A stretch of DNA of 37,878 bases from Octopus bimaculoides (lineage: Eukaryota), in NCBI RefSeq assembly GCF_001194135.2, contig NC_068990.1, forward strand, positions 92,115,834 through 92,153,711, in the 5' to 3' direction. The translations under genes and the position numbers were made by a program. Below the pieces are notes generated by a model. It was not told the DNA's origin. It saw only the letters and a list, made by a program, of their open reading frames with translations, and searched no databases. Positions 1 to 11,409 of the stretch are shown here, piece after piece; within the stretch, counting starts at the first letter, position 1; each line of letters starts with the position of its first letter.

Positions 1-346
1 ACCATTTTGAGCGTGACCGTTGCCAGTACCGCCTGACTAGCCTTTGTAGGGTTTTCGAGCGAGATCGTTGCCAGTGCCCCTGGACTGGCTCTTGTGCGGG
101 TGGCACATAAAAGATACCATTTCGAGCGTGGCCGTTGCCAGTACCGCCTGACTGACCTTCGTGTGGGTGACACGTAAACGTACTCACTACACTCTCTGAG
201 TGGTTGGCGTTAGGAAGGGCATCCAGCTGTAGAAACTCTGCCAAATTAGATTGGAGCCTGGTGTTGCCATCCGGTTTCACCAGTCCTCAGTCAAATCGTC
301 CAGCCCATGCTAGCATGGAAAGCGGACGTTAAACGATGATGATGAT
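1..346 (+). mobile_element. 3' UTR and tail of the same RTE family
   Basis: Shares gagtggttggcgttaggaagggcatccagctgtagaaactctgcc...gcatggaaagcggacgttaaacgatgatgat with the LINE copies. Confidence 0.8.
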
Positions 347-692
347 AGGCATAAGGTCAGGGAGAGTGGGGTGGGGCTATTAGATTAATACACTCCAGTA
401 TTTGACTGATAACAAGAGACAAAAAGCAGAGCTGACCTTACTGTGATTTGAACTCAAGATATAAAGACTAGGTACAAAGACTGCTGCTGCTGTTGCTGCT
501 ACTACTACTACTACTACTATATCAAATATTACATTTTTAATAGCTTGTTATGGTTATCTCTAGAGAAATTACAGACCGCATTGATTTTGTTGCAACATAG
601 CGATAACCTTGACACCATGACACCAAAGCTCACTGCTAACACAACAGAACACAGCATTGACTTATAAAAACGTTTAATATACTAGAATGGTC

Positions 693-1060
693 GGCGCAGG
701 CGTGACTGTGTAGTAAGAAGCTTGTTTTCCAACCACATGGTCCCGGGTTCAGTCCCACTGCGTGACACCTTGAGCAAGTGTCTTCTACTATAGCCATGAG
801 TCAGCTAAAGCCTTGTGAGTTGATTTGGTAGATGAAAACTGAAAGAAGCCCGTCGTATATATGTGTGTGTGTGTGTGTTTGTACCCCACCATCGCTTGAC
901 AACTGATGTTGGTGTGTTTACGTCCCCATAACTCAGTGGTTTGGCAAAGGAGACTGATAGAATTAGTGCTAGACTTACAAAGAATAAGTCCTGGGGTTGA
1001 TTTGCTTGACTAAAGGCAGTGCTGCAGCATGGCCGCAGTCACATGACTGAAACAAGTAAA
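693..1060 (+). mobile_element. tRNA-derived SINE family 1, full length
   Basis: Head ggcgcaggcgtgactgtgtagtaagaagc...gggttcagtccc, central (TA)/(TG) tract, tail taaaggcagtgctgcagcatggcc. Several other copies occur in the window. Confidence 0.8.
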
Positions 1061-1356
1061 GAAGGAAAGAAACACTTTGTAGTGTGTTCTGGTTGCATAA
1101 TGAAATACCACGTGCCTAATTGTCATTAATTGTTAATAGCTGTAATAACGAGGTGACATTACATTGGCACAAAGACAAACATTTGGTCAAAGCAAAAAGA
1201 AAGGTGAGTGTATACTCGGCTTCAATGACCACAGTACAACACATCACTGATAGAAATTTTACAAAGTCCAAAGATGGATAGCAGGATATAAACTTAAATT
1301 GACCTGCAATGGAAGATTTTTTTAAATTTATGCAGGGGACGGGTGTTAAAACTTAC

Positions 1357-1574
1357 ATTGGTTTCTCAGTTGGGAAGTTTCTGTTGGCTGTAATTGTTAA
1401 GATGTCCTCAATGTAGGAATGAATATTCCGAGAACAGTTTTTCTTTTGGACAACTTTAATATCAGTCCATGTTTGATTGATGGGGGACAGGTAGAGGTAC
1501 GTCTTCAGAGCCAACATACGGATTTCTTCATGTTCGGAACAATTCTCATATATCTTGAAGCTCTCAATCAAAGC
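1357..1574 (-). CDS. LLTP exon 12 (last found; gene continues past the left edge)
   Basis: ALIESFKIYENCSEHEEIRMLALKTYLYLSPINQTWTDIKVVQKKNCSRNIHSYIEDILTITANRNFPTEKP. E.R..A..Y....P motif at the end of Vitellogenin_N. Phase-2 GTAAGT donor. Confidence 0.85.
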
Positions 1575-3043
1575 CTGAAGAAAACAAATGGAACATCAAG
1601 AGCAACAATTAAAGATGTGCAAGTTATGATTAGTTTAATTAAGATCCAAAGCATCTCCTTTTTTACATGTTGTCATATAATAACATGACCAATATTGAAA
1701 CAAAATATTGATAAATGAAAATAATAAGAAATTAATTATTTTTCTATGCTATAAGACCATTATTAGAATAGGTTTAGTAATTTTAACAACTAGTTACCAA
1801 TGACTACAATTATAACCACCTGTATTAACTTGAAGCGTACACTTCAGTGAAACACCTCTCTCCCCTTTATTATATATATATGCATTCAAACATAGCAGGT
1901 AACAGCTAACCTTTGGCCACTATTTGGACCCTGTTGTGTCCACTACTCTTATTGGTTAGTATTGGTGCAATTTGACTCTTACTCTGTCACACCAATCTGC
2001 AGCATATAACTAATCGGAGCCTCTAAATAAAATCACATGAAACCTGTTCTTAGCCCAGTTTTGAGCCTACAGCTCCTTATAAAAACCCAGCTTCTCCTCA
2101 TCTCAAGGACTTTGTTTTCAGACCTTTTAAGGTCTAGCCACTGACCACACAAGACACAGCCAACTCCAGCAACAACACCACAGCTGCCACATTGAGACTT
2201 ACCAACTTCATCCAGCAACATTCAGCGACCTCCATCTCCATTGCAACCATCGTCCTAATGTCAATATCATCTCAACAGGCAACTCGCCCGGGTTTCAACA
2301 CTTTATTGTTCGTGGATCAGCAGCAAATATATAACCTGTGAGAACTCCTGTACCAAGTGACCCCAGGCAACAGTATCACAGCCACAACTTCATGTGCTGC
2401 ATGTACCGCAACTGGCTCAGCATTATGGCCACAACTTCTTGATACAGTATTTCAATTACCATGTACAGTTGACTACAAACTGGTATTTCTCATTCTTGTA
2501 TCTGAACATTCGTCTAACTTCTCATTACAGACTCTTTCACTGTTGCCTTCATTACTATTCTTATATCTACTTAACACACACGCATACATCCATGCCTACA
2601 CACACACATACACTTTGTTCTCATGACAGCCTGTCTATTATTCTGCATACATGACGTACACACAGACACACATCTTAACAGATCAATAAATCTTCTCTTA
2701 AACATTCTACTCAGTTGTGTCTCTCTTTTCCCTCTGCTACATATATGTATTATTCTTTTTATATTTATTGTAAGGGCTGTGTGATGCACTAAAGAACCAT
2801 TCTCATCACCTCACACCGCACAGTCTTTGCAAACTACTAAAATTGTCAGTACTAACTACTAAACCCATTAATACTATTTAGAGTGTTTCCAGTCATGCTC
2901 TAACAACAGAGATAAAGTGACTTTTATATAAATAAAATAAAATAAAATGAAATGAAAAAAAGGACAAAATAGAAGAAAAAAATGAAATATGGAAAATAAA
3001 TTTCTCAAAAAATGAAACAAAAAAATTTGAAGAAAACATTTAC

Positions 3044-3202
3044 TTCTGGAACATCAGATTCATTTGAATGTCTCAATGTCTCCAGGACCAAAATCTTCAG
3101 TTCACGGGTTTGAACCTGTGGGAATAGTCTCATGACATATCCAAGATTTCCAGCCATCTTCAGAGCCAAAACGGGTTTGGTTGACATCAGTTGTTCAACA
3201 AT
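3044..3202 (-). CDS. LLTP exon 11
   Basis: IVEQLMSTKPVLALKMAGNLGYVMRLFPQVQTRELKILVLETLRHSNESDVPE. LKMAGNLG matches the LKALGNxG motif of LLTP helical domains. Confidence 0.85.
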
Positions 3203-3386
3203 CTAAAAGAAGAGATGAAGGGTTAGGAGGTGTTTTCAGGCAAGTTGAGAAACCTTACATAGTGACATCACACACAGATGCACACACATACACATACATA
3301 CATACATACATACATACATACATACATACATACATACACACATACACATATATGATGTATATATATTTAACATTTGCATCACTTAC

Positions 3387-3494
3387 TGGCCAGACTTCAG
3401 GAATGTACTCTGGGTATTTTTTGGCAAGAGAACTCAGAACCATATAAGCTTTCTCGACCATGTCTTCATCCCAGATTTGGCTGTCAATGATTTT
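3387..3494 (-). CDS. LLTP exon 10
   Basis: KIIDSQIWDEDMVEKAYMVLSSLAKKYPEYIPEVWP. Phases 0/0, GTAAGT donor. Confidence 0.85.
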
Positions 3495-3670
3495 CTGAAA
3501 TATGAGAAAAAAAAAAATATATGCTCATGTACCAGATATTTAAATATTTCAGAATATATATATAGCGAGTGAGTGCCATAAAAAAAATTCCACACGGTGA
3601 ATTATAGTGAAAAATATACAAACAAGGTAAATACACAGAAATTTTATGTTGGATAAAATATATAAACACA

Positions 3671-4190
3671 TACGGGATGTCCCAAAATTAAGGCAGCTAA
3701 CTTTTTTCAATTTTGCCAAAGCAAAATATTGTTATATTTCGGGTCGAAACATTGCAATGCAATGGTAAAGGAAACATAATTATGACACTATCACATTTAT
3801 TCGATATGACCACCCCTGTTTCGAATCACAGCTTTAGATCTAGGTGCAAATGCTTGACATGTGGCATGCAGCTGGTCTTGCAGAATCAAAGTCCATTTCT
3901 GGCGCAGTTTTACCTTCGGAGCATTGAGCAAAGCATGAGGAATGCTTAAGACCCTCAATTCCAAAATGGACCAAATAGAAAAAATCCAACAGGTTGAGAT
4001 TGGGGCTTCTTGAGGGTCATATAGCCTTGCCTATGAACGATGGAATGTTTTTCTGAATCCAGTGTTATGTCTCCTTGGAGTTGTGGGGTGGTGCCGAGTC
4101 CTGTTGGAGGCTCCAAGGTGGGTCTTGAGAGTGCTCATTCACCCCTAAAAGCATTTCAGCTTCCAGAATGTCGCTAATGTATTACTGACC
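3671..4190 (-). mobile_element. Degraded Tc1/mariner transposon 3' half in LLTP intron 9
   Basis: Minus strand reads LQQDSAPPHNSKET*HWIQKNIPSFIGKAI*PSRSPNLNLLDF, matching the QDxAPxH and WPxxSPDLNP motifs with stops. TA-CGGGATGTCCCAAAA looks like a TIR at 3671. Confidence 0.75.
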
Positions 4191-4308
4191 ATTAATTTCA
4201 AGACCTTCATTATTATCATCATCATCGTCATCATCATCTTCATCATCCTCATCATTTCCAGATAACAGATTATATCACTGATTAAGATCGTTATCTGAAT
4301 TATCTCAC

Positions 4309-4474
4309 CTTCAGTCTAGAAACCAGGTCAGAACAACGTTTGGTATTTCGGTATTGTTTCTCAAGGACTTCTGGAAGGACAACACGGGAAATGGACTTTT
4401 CTTCCATCGCCAAGAAGAGAACAGCATTTGCTTCACAAGACTCAGCGACAGACAGGAAAGAATACAAAGTGGTC
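4309..4474 (-). CDS. LLTP exon 9
   Basis: TTLYSFLSVAESCEANAVLFLAMEEKSISRVVLPEVLEKQYRNTKRCSDLVSRLK. Strong T-tract acceptor, GTGAGA donor. Confidence 0.85.
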
Positions 4475-4554
4475 CTGAAGAGAAAAAAAAAAGACAACAT
4501 TAACATCACCACCATCACCAATAAGGCTTTTTTTTTTCTTTTATTTGTTTTAGT

Positions 4555-4745
4555 CAATTGGCTGTGGCCATGCTGGAGCACTGCCTTTAGTCAAACAAAT
4601 CGACCCCAGAAGTTATTCTTTGTAAGCCTAGTATTTATATTATCAGTCTCTTTGCCAAACTGCTAGGTTACGGGGATGTAAACACACCAGCATCGGTTGC
4701 AAAGTGATGGTGCGGGGGACAAACACACACACACAAACACACACA
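4555..4745 (-). mobile_element. SINE family 1, 3' part (runs into the N gap)
   Basis: gccatgctggagcactgcctttagtc...gatgtaaacacaccagcatcggttg. Confidence 0.75.
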
Positions 4746-5698
4746 CATATATACATATATATNNNNNNNNNNNNNNNNNNNNNNNNNNNNNNNNNNNNNN
4801 NNNNNNNNNNNNNNNNNNNNNNNNNNNNNNNNNNNNNNNNNNNNNNNNNNNNNNNNNNNNNNNNNNNNNNNNNNNNNNNNNNNNNNNNNNNNNNNNNNNN
4901 NNNNNNNNNNNNNNNNNNNNNNNNNNNNNNNNNNNNNNNNNNNNNNNNNNNNNNNNNNNNNNNNNNNNNNNNNNNNNNNNNNNNNNNNNNNNNNNNNNNN
5001 NNNNNNNNNNNNNNNNNNNNNNNNNNNNNNNNNNNNNNNNNNNNNNNNNNNNNNNNNNNNNNNNNNNNNNNNNNNNNNNNNNNNNNNNNNNNNNNNNNNN
5101 NNNNNNNNNNNNNNNNNNNNNNNNNNNNNNNNNNNNNNNNNNNNNNNNNNNNNNNNNNNNNNNNNNNNNNNNNNNNNNNNNNNNNNNNNNNNNNNNNNNN
5201 NNNNNNNNNNNNNNNNNNNNNNNNNNNNNNNNNNNNNNNNNNNNNNNNNNNNNNNNNNNNNNNNNNNNNNNNNNNNNNNNNNNNNNNNNNNNNNNNNNNN
5301 NNNNNNNNNNNNNNNNNNNNNNNNNNNNNNNNNNNNNNNNNNNNNNNNNNNNNNNNNNNNNNNNNNNNNNNNNNNNNNNNNNNNNNNNNNNNNNNNNNNN
5401 NNNNNNNNNNNNNNNNNNNNNNNNNNNNNNNNNNNNNNNNNNNNNNNNNNNNNNNNNNNNNNNNNNNNNNNTATATATATATATATGTATGTATGTATGT
5501 ATGTGTGTATGTATGTATGTATGTATGTATACACTATCATCAATTGTAACCAGTGCTAATCATAACTATTGTTACTTATAGCCAATGTCAATTGTAAATA
5601 CTGTCAATAGTAACCAATGTCAGTTATAACTGTTGTCAATTTCAGTTGATGTCAATTGTAACCAGTACTAATTTTACTGAGTGTGAAGACGTTCTTAC

Positions 5699-5844
5699 CA
5701 GTTCTTGGGTTGTAGTTTGACTAAAGCATAAAGTTTCATCAAGGAAATTTTATCAGCAACTCTGAGAAGATGTAACAGATCGAGTGATTTTTGTCCATGA
5801 TCACTTGTCAGGTTTTGGGTGAAAGACAACAGAACGTCCAATAC
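5699..5844 (-). CDS. LLTP exon 8
   Basis: VLDVLLSFTQNLTSDHGQKSLDLLHLLRVADKISLMKLYALVKLQPKN(W), the start of the alpha-helical domain. GTAAGA donor. Confidence 0.85.
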
Positions 5845-5904
5845 CTGGTTGACGAGAAGACATGTCGGAAAGAAACATGTTTAGAAACAGCCAGCATAGT
5901 TTTG

Positions 5905-5954
<50 letters not shown>

Positions 5955-6291
5955 TACACATAGACATGAACACATGCACATACAAACACAACCACACAAA
6001 CACAAACATATATATACACATACATAATATACACATACAGGCACACACATGCGCACACACACACACATGTACATACACATATTCAGGCACCCACACGCGC
6101 ACGCACGCACACGCGCACGCACGCACACACCCACACACGTGAACACAAATAATTAAGGGTTGTGAACAATATTTATTACTTGAGAGTCATTAATGTTGCA
6201 TTAATTAAGGAATAATTACTGTTGCTTTTAATCAAGGGTCATTGATGTGTTAATTGAAGCTCCCTAATATTGTTTATTCAGGCATTTATTT

Positions 6292-6725
6292 CTGCTAGAA
6301 CTCTCCATTCTCTGGGGAGACCATGTCAATGAGACAGAAATATGCTGATCTTGTGGAGGTACACCAAAGTAATAACGGACAAAGAAAATGTAATTCCATT
6401 CAAAAAGAATGCCGAGGGTTTGCAGGTAAGTCCTTCTGCAGAGCTTACAACATGCTTGGCAGGACAGGAACCATGAAAGAAGGCCATCAGGTTGACTATG
6501 AAGTCAACAGGGATTGTGTCAAGATGGCTTTGGATATGGAGGTGCAATCCCTGAATGGGCCAGTGCTATGAAGGGTGGCGCTACTAGGGGTAGTGTTAAC
6601 TGCACACAAATTAGGATTTGATCAACTCTGGAAGGGTCAACTGGATAAGGGTGTCTGATGTTAAAACCCCTGGAGCAGCTAATGATCCTTGGAAACATCA
6701 ATGATGATGTGTCCCGGTGGAACAC
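6292..6725 (+). mobile_element. Degraded HERO-like non-LTR retrotransposon 3' end
   Basis: Frameshifted LLELSILWGD...KYADLVE...CRGFAGKSFCRAYNMLG...KAIRL...SRWLWIWR, followed by a UTR ending in gatgatgtgtcc. Clade assignment is from recalled motifs. Confidence 0.65.
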
Positions 6726-7077
6726 AGGATGTTGGATGGAAAATCTTTGTTCTTTGTTAATTAAAGGTCAATATTGTTGTGTTAAGAATCATTAGCATTA
6801 ATTTTGTATGGATTAAGGGTCATTAGCATTACATGAATTGAATTGTGTCATTATCATTGAATTACTGTTGTGTTAATTATGACTCATTAATGTTGTGTAA
6901 ATAAAGTTTTGGTAAACATCATGTGAATTAAGTGGAGTGACTTGTTGTGGTATTAATTAAGAATCATTAATGTTATGTAGAGTAAGAATTGTTACTCATT
7001 GTATGAACTGAGTCACTAACATTGTTAATTAACACTGGTGTTAATTAAAAGTGATTAGTTCTATGTTCACTACTTAC

Positions 7078-7201
7078 TTTTTGAACAAATTTATCTCCTC
7101 CAATTTTATCGTCATCAATAGTAGGCACCAATTCATATGGAATGGTGGCTTTGACTGGGGGTAGTTCTTCAGTCTCATTTCCTTGATAAGAGAGGGTTTG
7201 A
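7078..7201 (-). CDS. LLTP exon 7
   Basis: QTLSYQGNETEELPPVKATIPYELVPTIDDDKIGGDKFVQK. Phase-2 start matches exon 6, GTAAGT donor. Confidence 0.85.
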
Positions 7202-8446
7202 CTGAAATTAAGCAAAAATTAAGAATTCCAGAAAATCACGTAAAAACATAAAAATATTCCACTGTTTCAAACTGTGGAACAAGAACAGAATTTTGTTAGA
7301 GATGACAATGGAGTGAGGTATATAATCGACTTAATTAATCACAGTACATGAAAGACATCGTTAATTTGGGTAGCATTTGAACTCTGAATGATTAGGTCTG
7401 TGTTGAGCCCACATGTCCATTAGGCCAGAACTTGTCTTAATTTCTGAAGCATTTAAGCAACAAAGAATTTTAGATTCCTGAGACAACATTCCACCACATA
7501 TCAGTTGTCTCTGATACTTATTTTCAGCTAACTATGCACATTTGTAAAGGGAGGATACAGTTGGCTGAATATACCCAATACAAAAAATGGTATTTAATTT
7601 TATTCCTCTTGGAAGGATGAATAGTAAAGTCAACTCCAGAGTGATCTGAACCCAGAAGTTCAAGGGTTGGAACTAAATACTGCCTGTCACTATAGAAGAA
7701 TGGTTTTTAACTTTTCCCTACATTCCCTTCATGTTACCAGTTAACTAATAAATCTAATTAATTGAAATTAATATATTAAATAACTTTATTAAATATAGAA
7801 ATGTCTGTGATATTATGAAGACATACAATTTTCCACTCTATACCATATTTATTTCTAGCTGTATTTTGAGATGAAATAAACATTGGAGATGCTTGCCTCA
7901 CACAGAAATTGAGAATCTACTCAGGGTTTTGCAAGTTCTTTGAAATCCATCACAATGTTGGAAACACGTCTGCATCATCAGCTGGTATCTCAGGGTCACA
8001 AGCATTCCGCCCCTAAGCTCTGTACATTTTACATGAATTGAACAGCAAAGACAGAATAAGTCTTCACCTGTGAAACGATTCTACTTGTGGTTCTCATCAA
8101 CCATTGCTACCTTGTGCTGATTTCAGCCGCTCTGTCTGTCTGGCGTGTATCATGCTAAACTCATACCAAACTGGATATCCGTTTACCCAATGTTGTGTTG
8201 TGTTTTTGTAAAAGACACTAAAATCCTCTCCAATCCAGTCAACTTAACTGTCAGAAGGTGCCACATATTGGCATCTCTTTACTGTCCCTTATTTTTGGTT
8301 AGATGTAAATATTGCAAATAGACACCCTTAAGATGTTTATAATATCATTCTTTTCTACTCTAGGCGAAAGGCCCGAAATTTTGGGGGAGGGAGCCAGTCG
8401 ATCAGATCAACCCCAGTACACAACTGGTACTAAATTTATCGATTAA

Positions 8447-8670
8447 CCCATTAAGTCCCACTGTCCTATAATTAGGACACTAAATGAGAACATTAAATAA
8501 GCTATATCACATTGTCTCAGTGTCCTATTTATAGGACATCGAGTATTTCCATTTCTACTTGAAATAAAGGAGTTTTAATTAATTATTTTTTTCATTTTAA
8601 CCTATTTTCAATCATCTGTAAAAATTTAAAAGTAATATTCAGAAATTTAAGTACTCTGGGACTTAATGGG
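8447..8670. mobile_element. piggyBac-type MITE, 224 bp
   Basis: Perfect 14-bp TIRs CCCATTAAGTCCCA/TGGGACTTAATGGG, with TTAA at 8443-8446 and 8671-8674. Confidence 0.85.
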
Positions 8671-8908
8671 TTAAGTCGATTACATCGACCTCAATACATA
8701 ACTGTTACTTATTTAATTGGCCCCAAAAGCATGAAAGGCAAAGTCGACCTCGGCAGAATTTGAACTTAGAATGTAAAGACAAAATACCACTAGGTATTTT
8801 GCCCAGCATGCTAACAATTCTGCCAGCTCACTGCCTTTATAATATCATTATAATCTAAAAAACTTGATAATTTGAATTAATTAGAACACAACAATATTGT
8901 TATCTTAC

Positions 8909-9042
8909 TTCACTTGAGTGACAAACTCAGTTTTATCCGTCTTGCTAATTCTCAGCTGAACAGTTTGTACTGTGTACAAGTTGTACACTTTGCCATCCAT
9001 CACTTCAGCAGTTGATTTCACTTCATTGATGATGCTGTCAGT
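8909..9042 (-). CDS. LLTP exon 6
   Basis: TDSIINEVKSTAEVMDGKVYNLYTVQTVQLRISKTDKTEFVTQV(N). Phase-2 GTAAGA donor. Confidence 0.85.
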
Positions 9043-9276
9043 CTGTCCAACATAAAATAGCAGAAAAGATATGGTTAACATGAAGATTAAAGGAAATTTA
9101 TTGGGCTTGGAAGGGGCTGAGAGGATAATGAAAAGGTTAGCCTTTTTGATTCCAATCAACAGGATGCTAATGTACAAACTCCCAATTTCAAAGTGATCTT
9201 AACTAAAACCTTCCATCAACATTTCCTTTGTATCATTCTTCAAAAATTCCAAAGACTTTGTAGTTTTCTTACTTAC

Positions 9277-9408
9277 ATCAGTTGGATATTGGCTACAAGT
9301 TTCTCGGACTGGAGCAATGTGAATTTTCTTGATTGGTTTCAAAAATTGCTCAGAAGTGGCATTTGACTTGAGAATGGTTCTGAGGTCACAATAACCATAG
9401 TGTGTTGG
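9277..9408 (-). CDS. LLTP exon 5
   Basis: PTHYGYCDLRTILKSNATSEQFLKPIKKIHIAPVRETCSQYPTD. Contains the G.C...C pair typical of the LLTP beta-barrel. Phases 0/0, GTAAGT donor. Confidence 0.85.
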
Positions 9409-9938
9409 CTGTCGAAAGAAAAACAGAAGTATTTAGAAAATTGGTAAAAATATCTAATTTAATTTAATCTTTTTGAAATTTTATTTATTTATTTGTTTGT
9501 TTTGGACTCTGGTTAATGAACTGATAAACAAACGCTACCCCCTACCCCTAAATTTTTAAAGGTAATGACGATGATGATGAATTTTCACCTGTCTATTTTG
9601 ATTTGAAATATATATTAGAGAATACTGGTGGATATAACATTTATAATGTGTGTACAAACATCGAATGGCACTGGTTCTAATAATTTGTCTCAGAGAAACT
9701 TCTCAAAGAGACTTGTGTATTAAAAACACAAGGCTTCACTCAGAAAATTGATCAATCACCATGTACAGTGTTTCAACCTGGTTCAGCCTTCTCGGTGATA
9801 AATACTCCAAATGTTTCGAGCCAAACTGTAAATGTTTGTTCTGATATGGAAATCAGAAAAGAGAAAAATTCACTGATTTGTGTTCACTGAGGAATTTTCA
9901 CTGAAACAAGATATTACAGCTTTGTGCTGCTTCATGTT

Positions 9939-9980
<42 letters not shown>

Positions 9981-9982
<2 letters not shown>

Positions 9983-10146
9983 TGTTCATTATTTACATTA
10001 TTTACATTTGACGGATATTTGTCCTCATCTTGTTTGTTGTTAACACAACGTTTCAGCTGATATACCCTCCAGCCTTCATCAGGTGTCTTGGGGAAATTTC
10101 AAACCTGGCTTCTCATTCCTAGGGCATTTTTCTGATGTTGTTGTTG

Positions 10147-10215
<69 letters not shown>

Positions 10216-10216
10216 T
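9981..10216 (-). mobile_element. Same retroposon, copy A (head lost), with an intact hammerhead-like core
   Basis: The body matches copy C, and the (AAT)n/(AAC)n tract is expanded at 10137-10211. Confidence 0.8.
10042..10087 (-). ncRNA. Candidate minimal type I hammerhead ribozyme
   Basis: GACAC-CUGAUGA-A-GGCUG[GAGGGUAUAU]CAGCU-GAAAC-GUU-GUGUU. It has the conserved core, 5-bp stems I and II and a palindromic AACGUU stem III. Structure read by eye; activity untested. Confidence 0.6.
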
Positions 10217-10747
10217 ATATAGTAAATAATGTAAATAATGTACATAATTCCTCATCTTTCAAATATAGAAGTGTATATATGTTGTTGTTCTTGTGCTAAA
10301 TTGTGTATCTATCTGAGAGAATTTTGGATAAACATCAACGATGATCTAATATATTTGGGGGAAAATTAATATTCCTTTCTTTGGCAAAGGACCAGACATT
10401 TTAGGGGAGAGATTATAGTCTTTCTAGTTCATTCTTTACCTTGTAGCAATGACTTAAAATAAATTTTTGCCAACAGAGGTCACCACTAATCTCCTTGGAT
10501 TTTGCTTTTTGACTTATGTGTGAGTGCATACACACACATATATGTAGTATATATATATATATATGAGTTTAAAGAGATATACTATCTTGGTGGTTACCGT
10601 GTTTCCTCTTAATTTGGTTTCAGATGCTGGCTAACCACAATGGTCCTTATGTGGTAGCCAAGCTAGCAATGAGTCGCTAGGCTCTGGTAACTTTCCTCTC
10701 TGGGTAAATCCAAGTCCTGTCCAGGGCTGCATATTTTCTGTTCTCTA

Positions 10748-10748
10748 T

Positions 10749-10837
<89 letters not shown>

Positions 10838-10909
10838 CATCATCATCATTATTATTATTACATATACATATATATATACATATATATATATATACATACA
10901 TATATATAT

Positions 10910-10943
<34 letters not shown>
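10748..10943. repeat. Compound microsatellite (ATC)n(ATT)n(ATC)n(TA)n, representative of many in the window
   Basis: Read directly. Other arrays include (TACA)n 3286-3350, (TG)n 5907-5951, (CAT/CAC)n 11156-11240, (ATT)n 14181-14232 and (TA)(CA)n 18255-18330. Confidence 0.95.
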
Positions 10944-10970
10944 CCATAGGTGAAAGAGAAGTTCCCTTAC

Positions 10971-11103
10971 CAATTGTTGGTAAACAGTATTTTCTTGGAG
11001 CATGAGCTTCTGGTATTCCCATGCAAAACCTTTCTTGATGTTTACAGACAACTGCAGTTCGCTCTCTTCAACAACAATTTCCTGGACTACACCTTGCTTG
11101 ACT
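10971..11103 (-). CDS. LLTP exon 4
   Basis: VKQGVVQEIVVEESELQLSVNIKKGFAWEYQKLMLQENTVYQQL. PF..G.V.E..NIKKG is a Vitellogenin_N-type motif. GTAAGG donor. Confidence 0.85.
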
Positions 11104-11199
11104 CTGTAAAAGGAGAAGACAGCAGCAACACATTACATGACAATACGTGGACATATCATCACCATCATCATCATCATCATTATCACCATCATCACCATC

Positions 11200-11230
<31 letters not shown>

Positions 11231-11409
11231 CCACCACCATGTTTCCATCTTCAGGAATATTGATGATAGATAGGAACCGAGAAGTGGAATCGGTAGATGG
11301 AAAAGAGTAGTGTTACAGGTAGTTTAGTTTAACAAAAGTGGAGGATGGGGCAGAGAGATGAGTGTCTGACATTAGTTAAGGGGAGGACGGGGCAGAGGTT
11401 GATGGATTT

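Noticed and set aside
2033-2654. GC-richer block with several short ORFs and a GTAAGT donor near 2200
   Set aside because: All three frames from the nearest acceptor contain stops and no family is recognisable. It is probably a decayed repeat.
4668-5581. Long ORFs spanning N gaps (also 14672-15931, 17166-18090, 21993-23074)
   Set aside because: They are open only because of X runs and flanking microsatellites. Only the RTE-derived parts are real coding remnants.
9740-9840. Possible LLTP exon after a good acceptor at 9841-9842
   Set aside because: No frame gives a convincing peptide with matching phases, and exons 4 and 5 join cleanly without it.
10950-11273. Poly-His, poly-Asn/Asp and poly-Ile ORFs (also 10677-11051 and 14066-14254)
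   Set aside because: They are translations of (CAT)n, (ATT)n and (ATC)n microsatellites, partly overlapping real LLTP exon 4.
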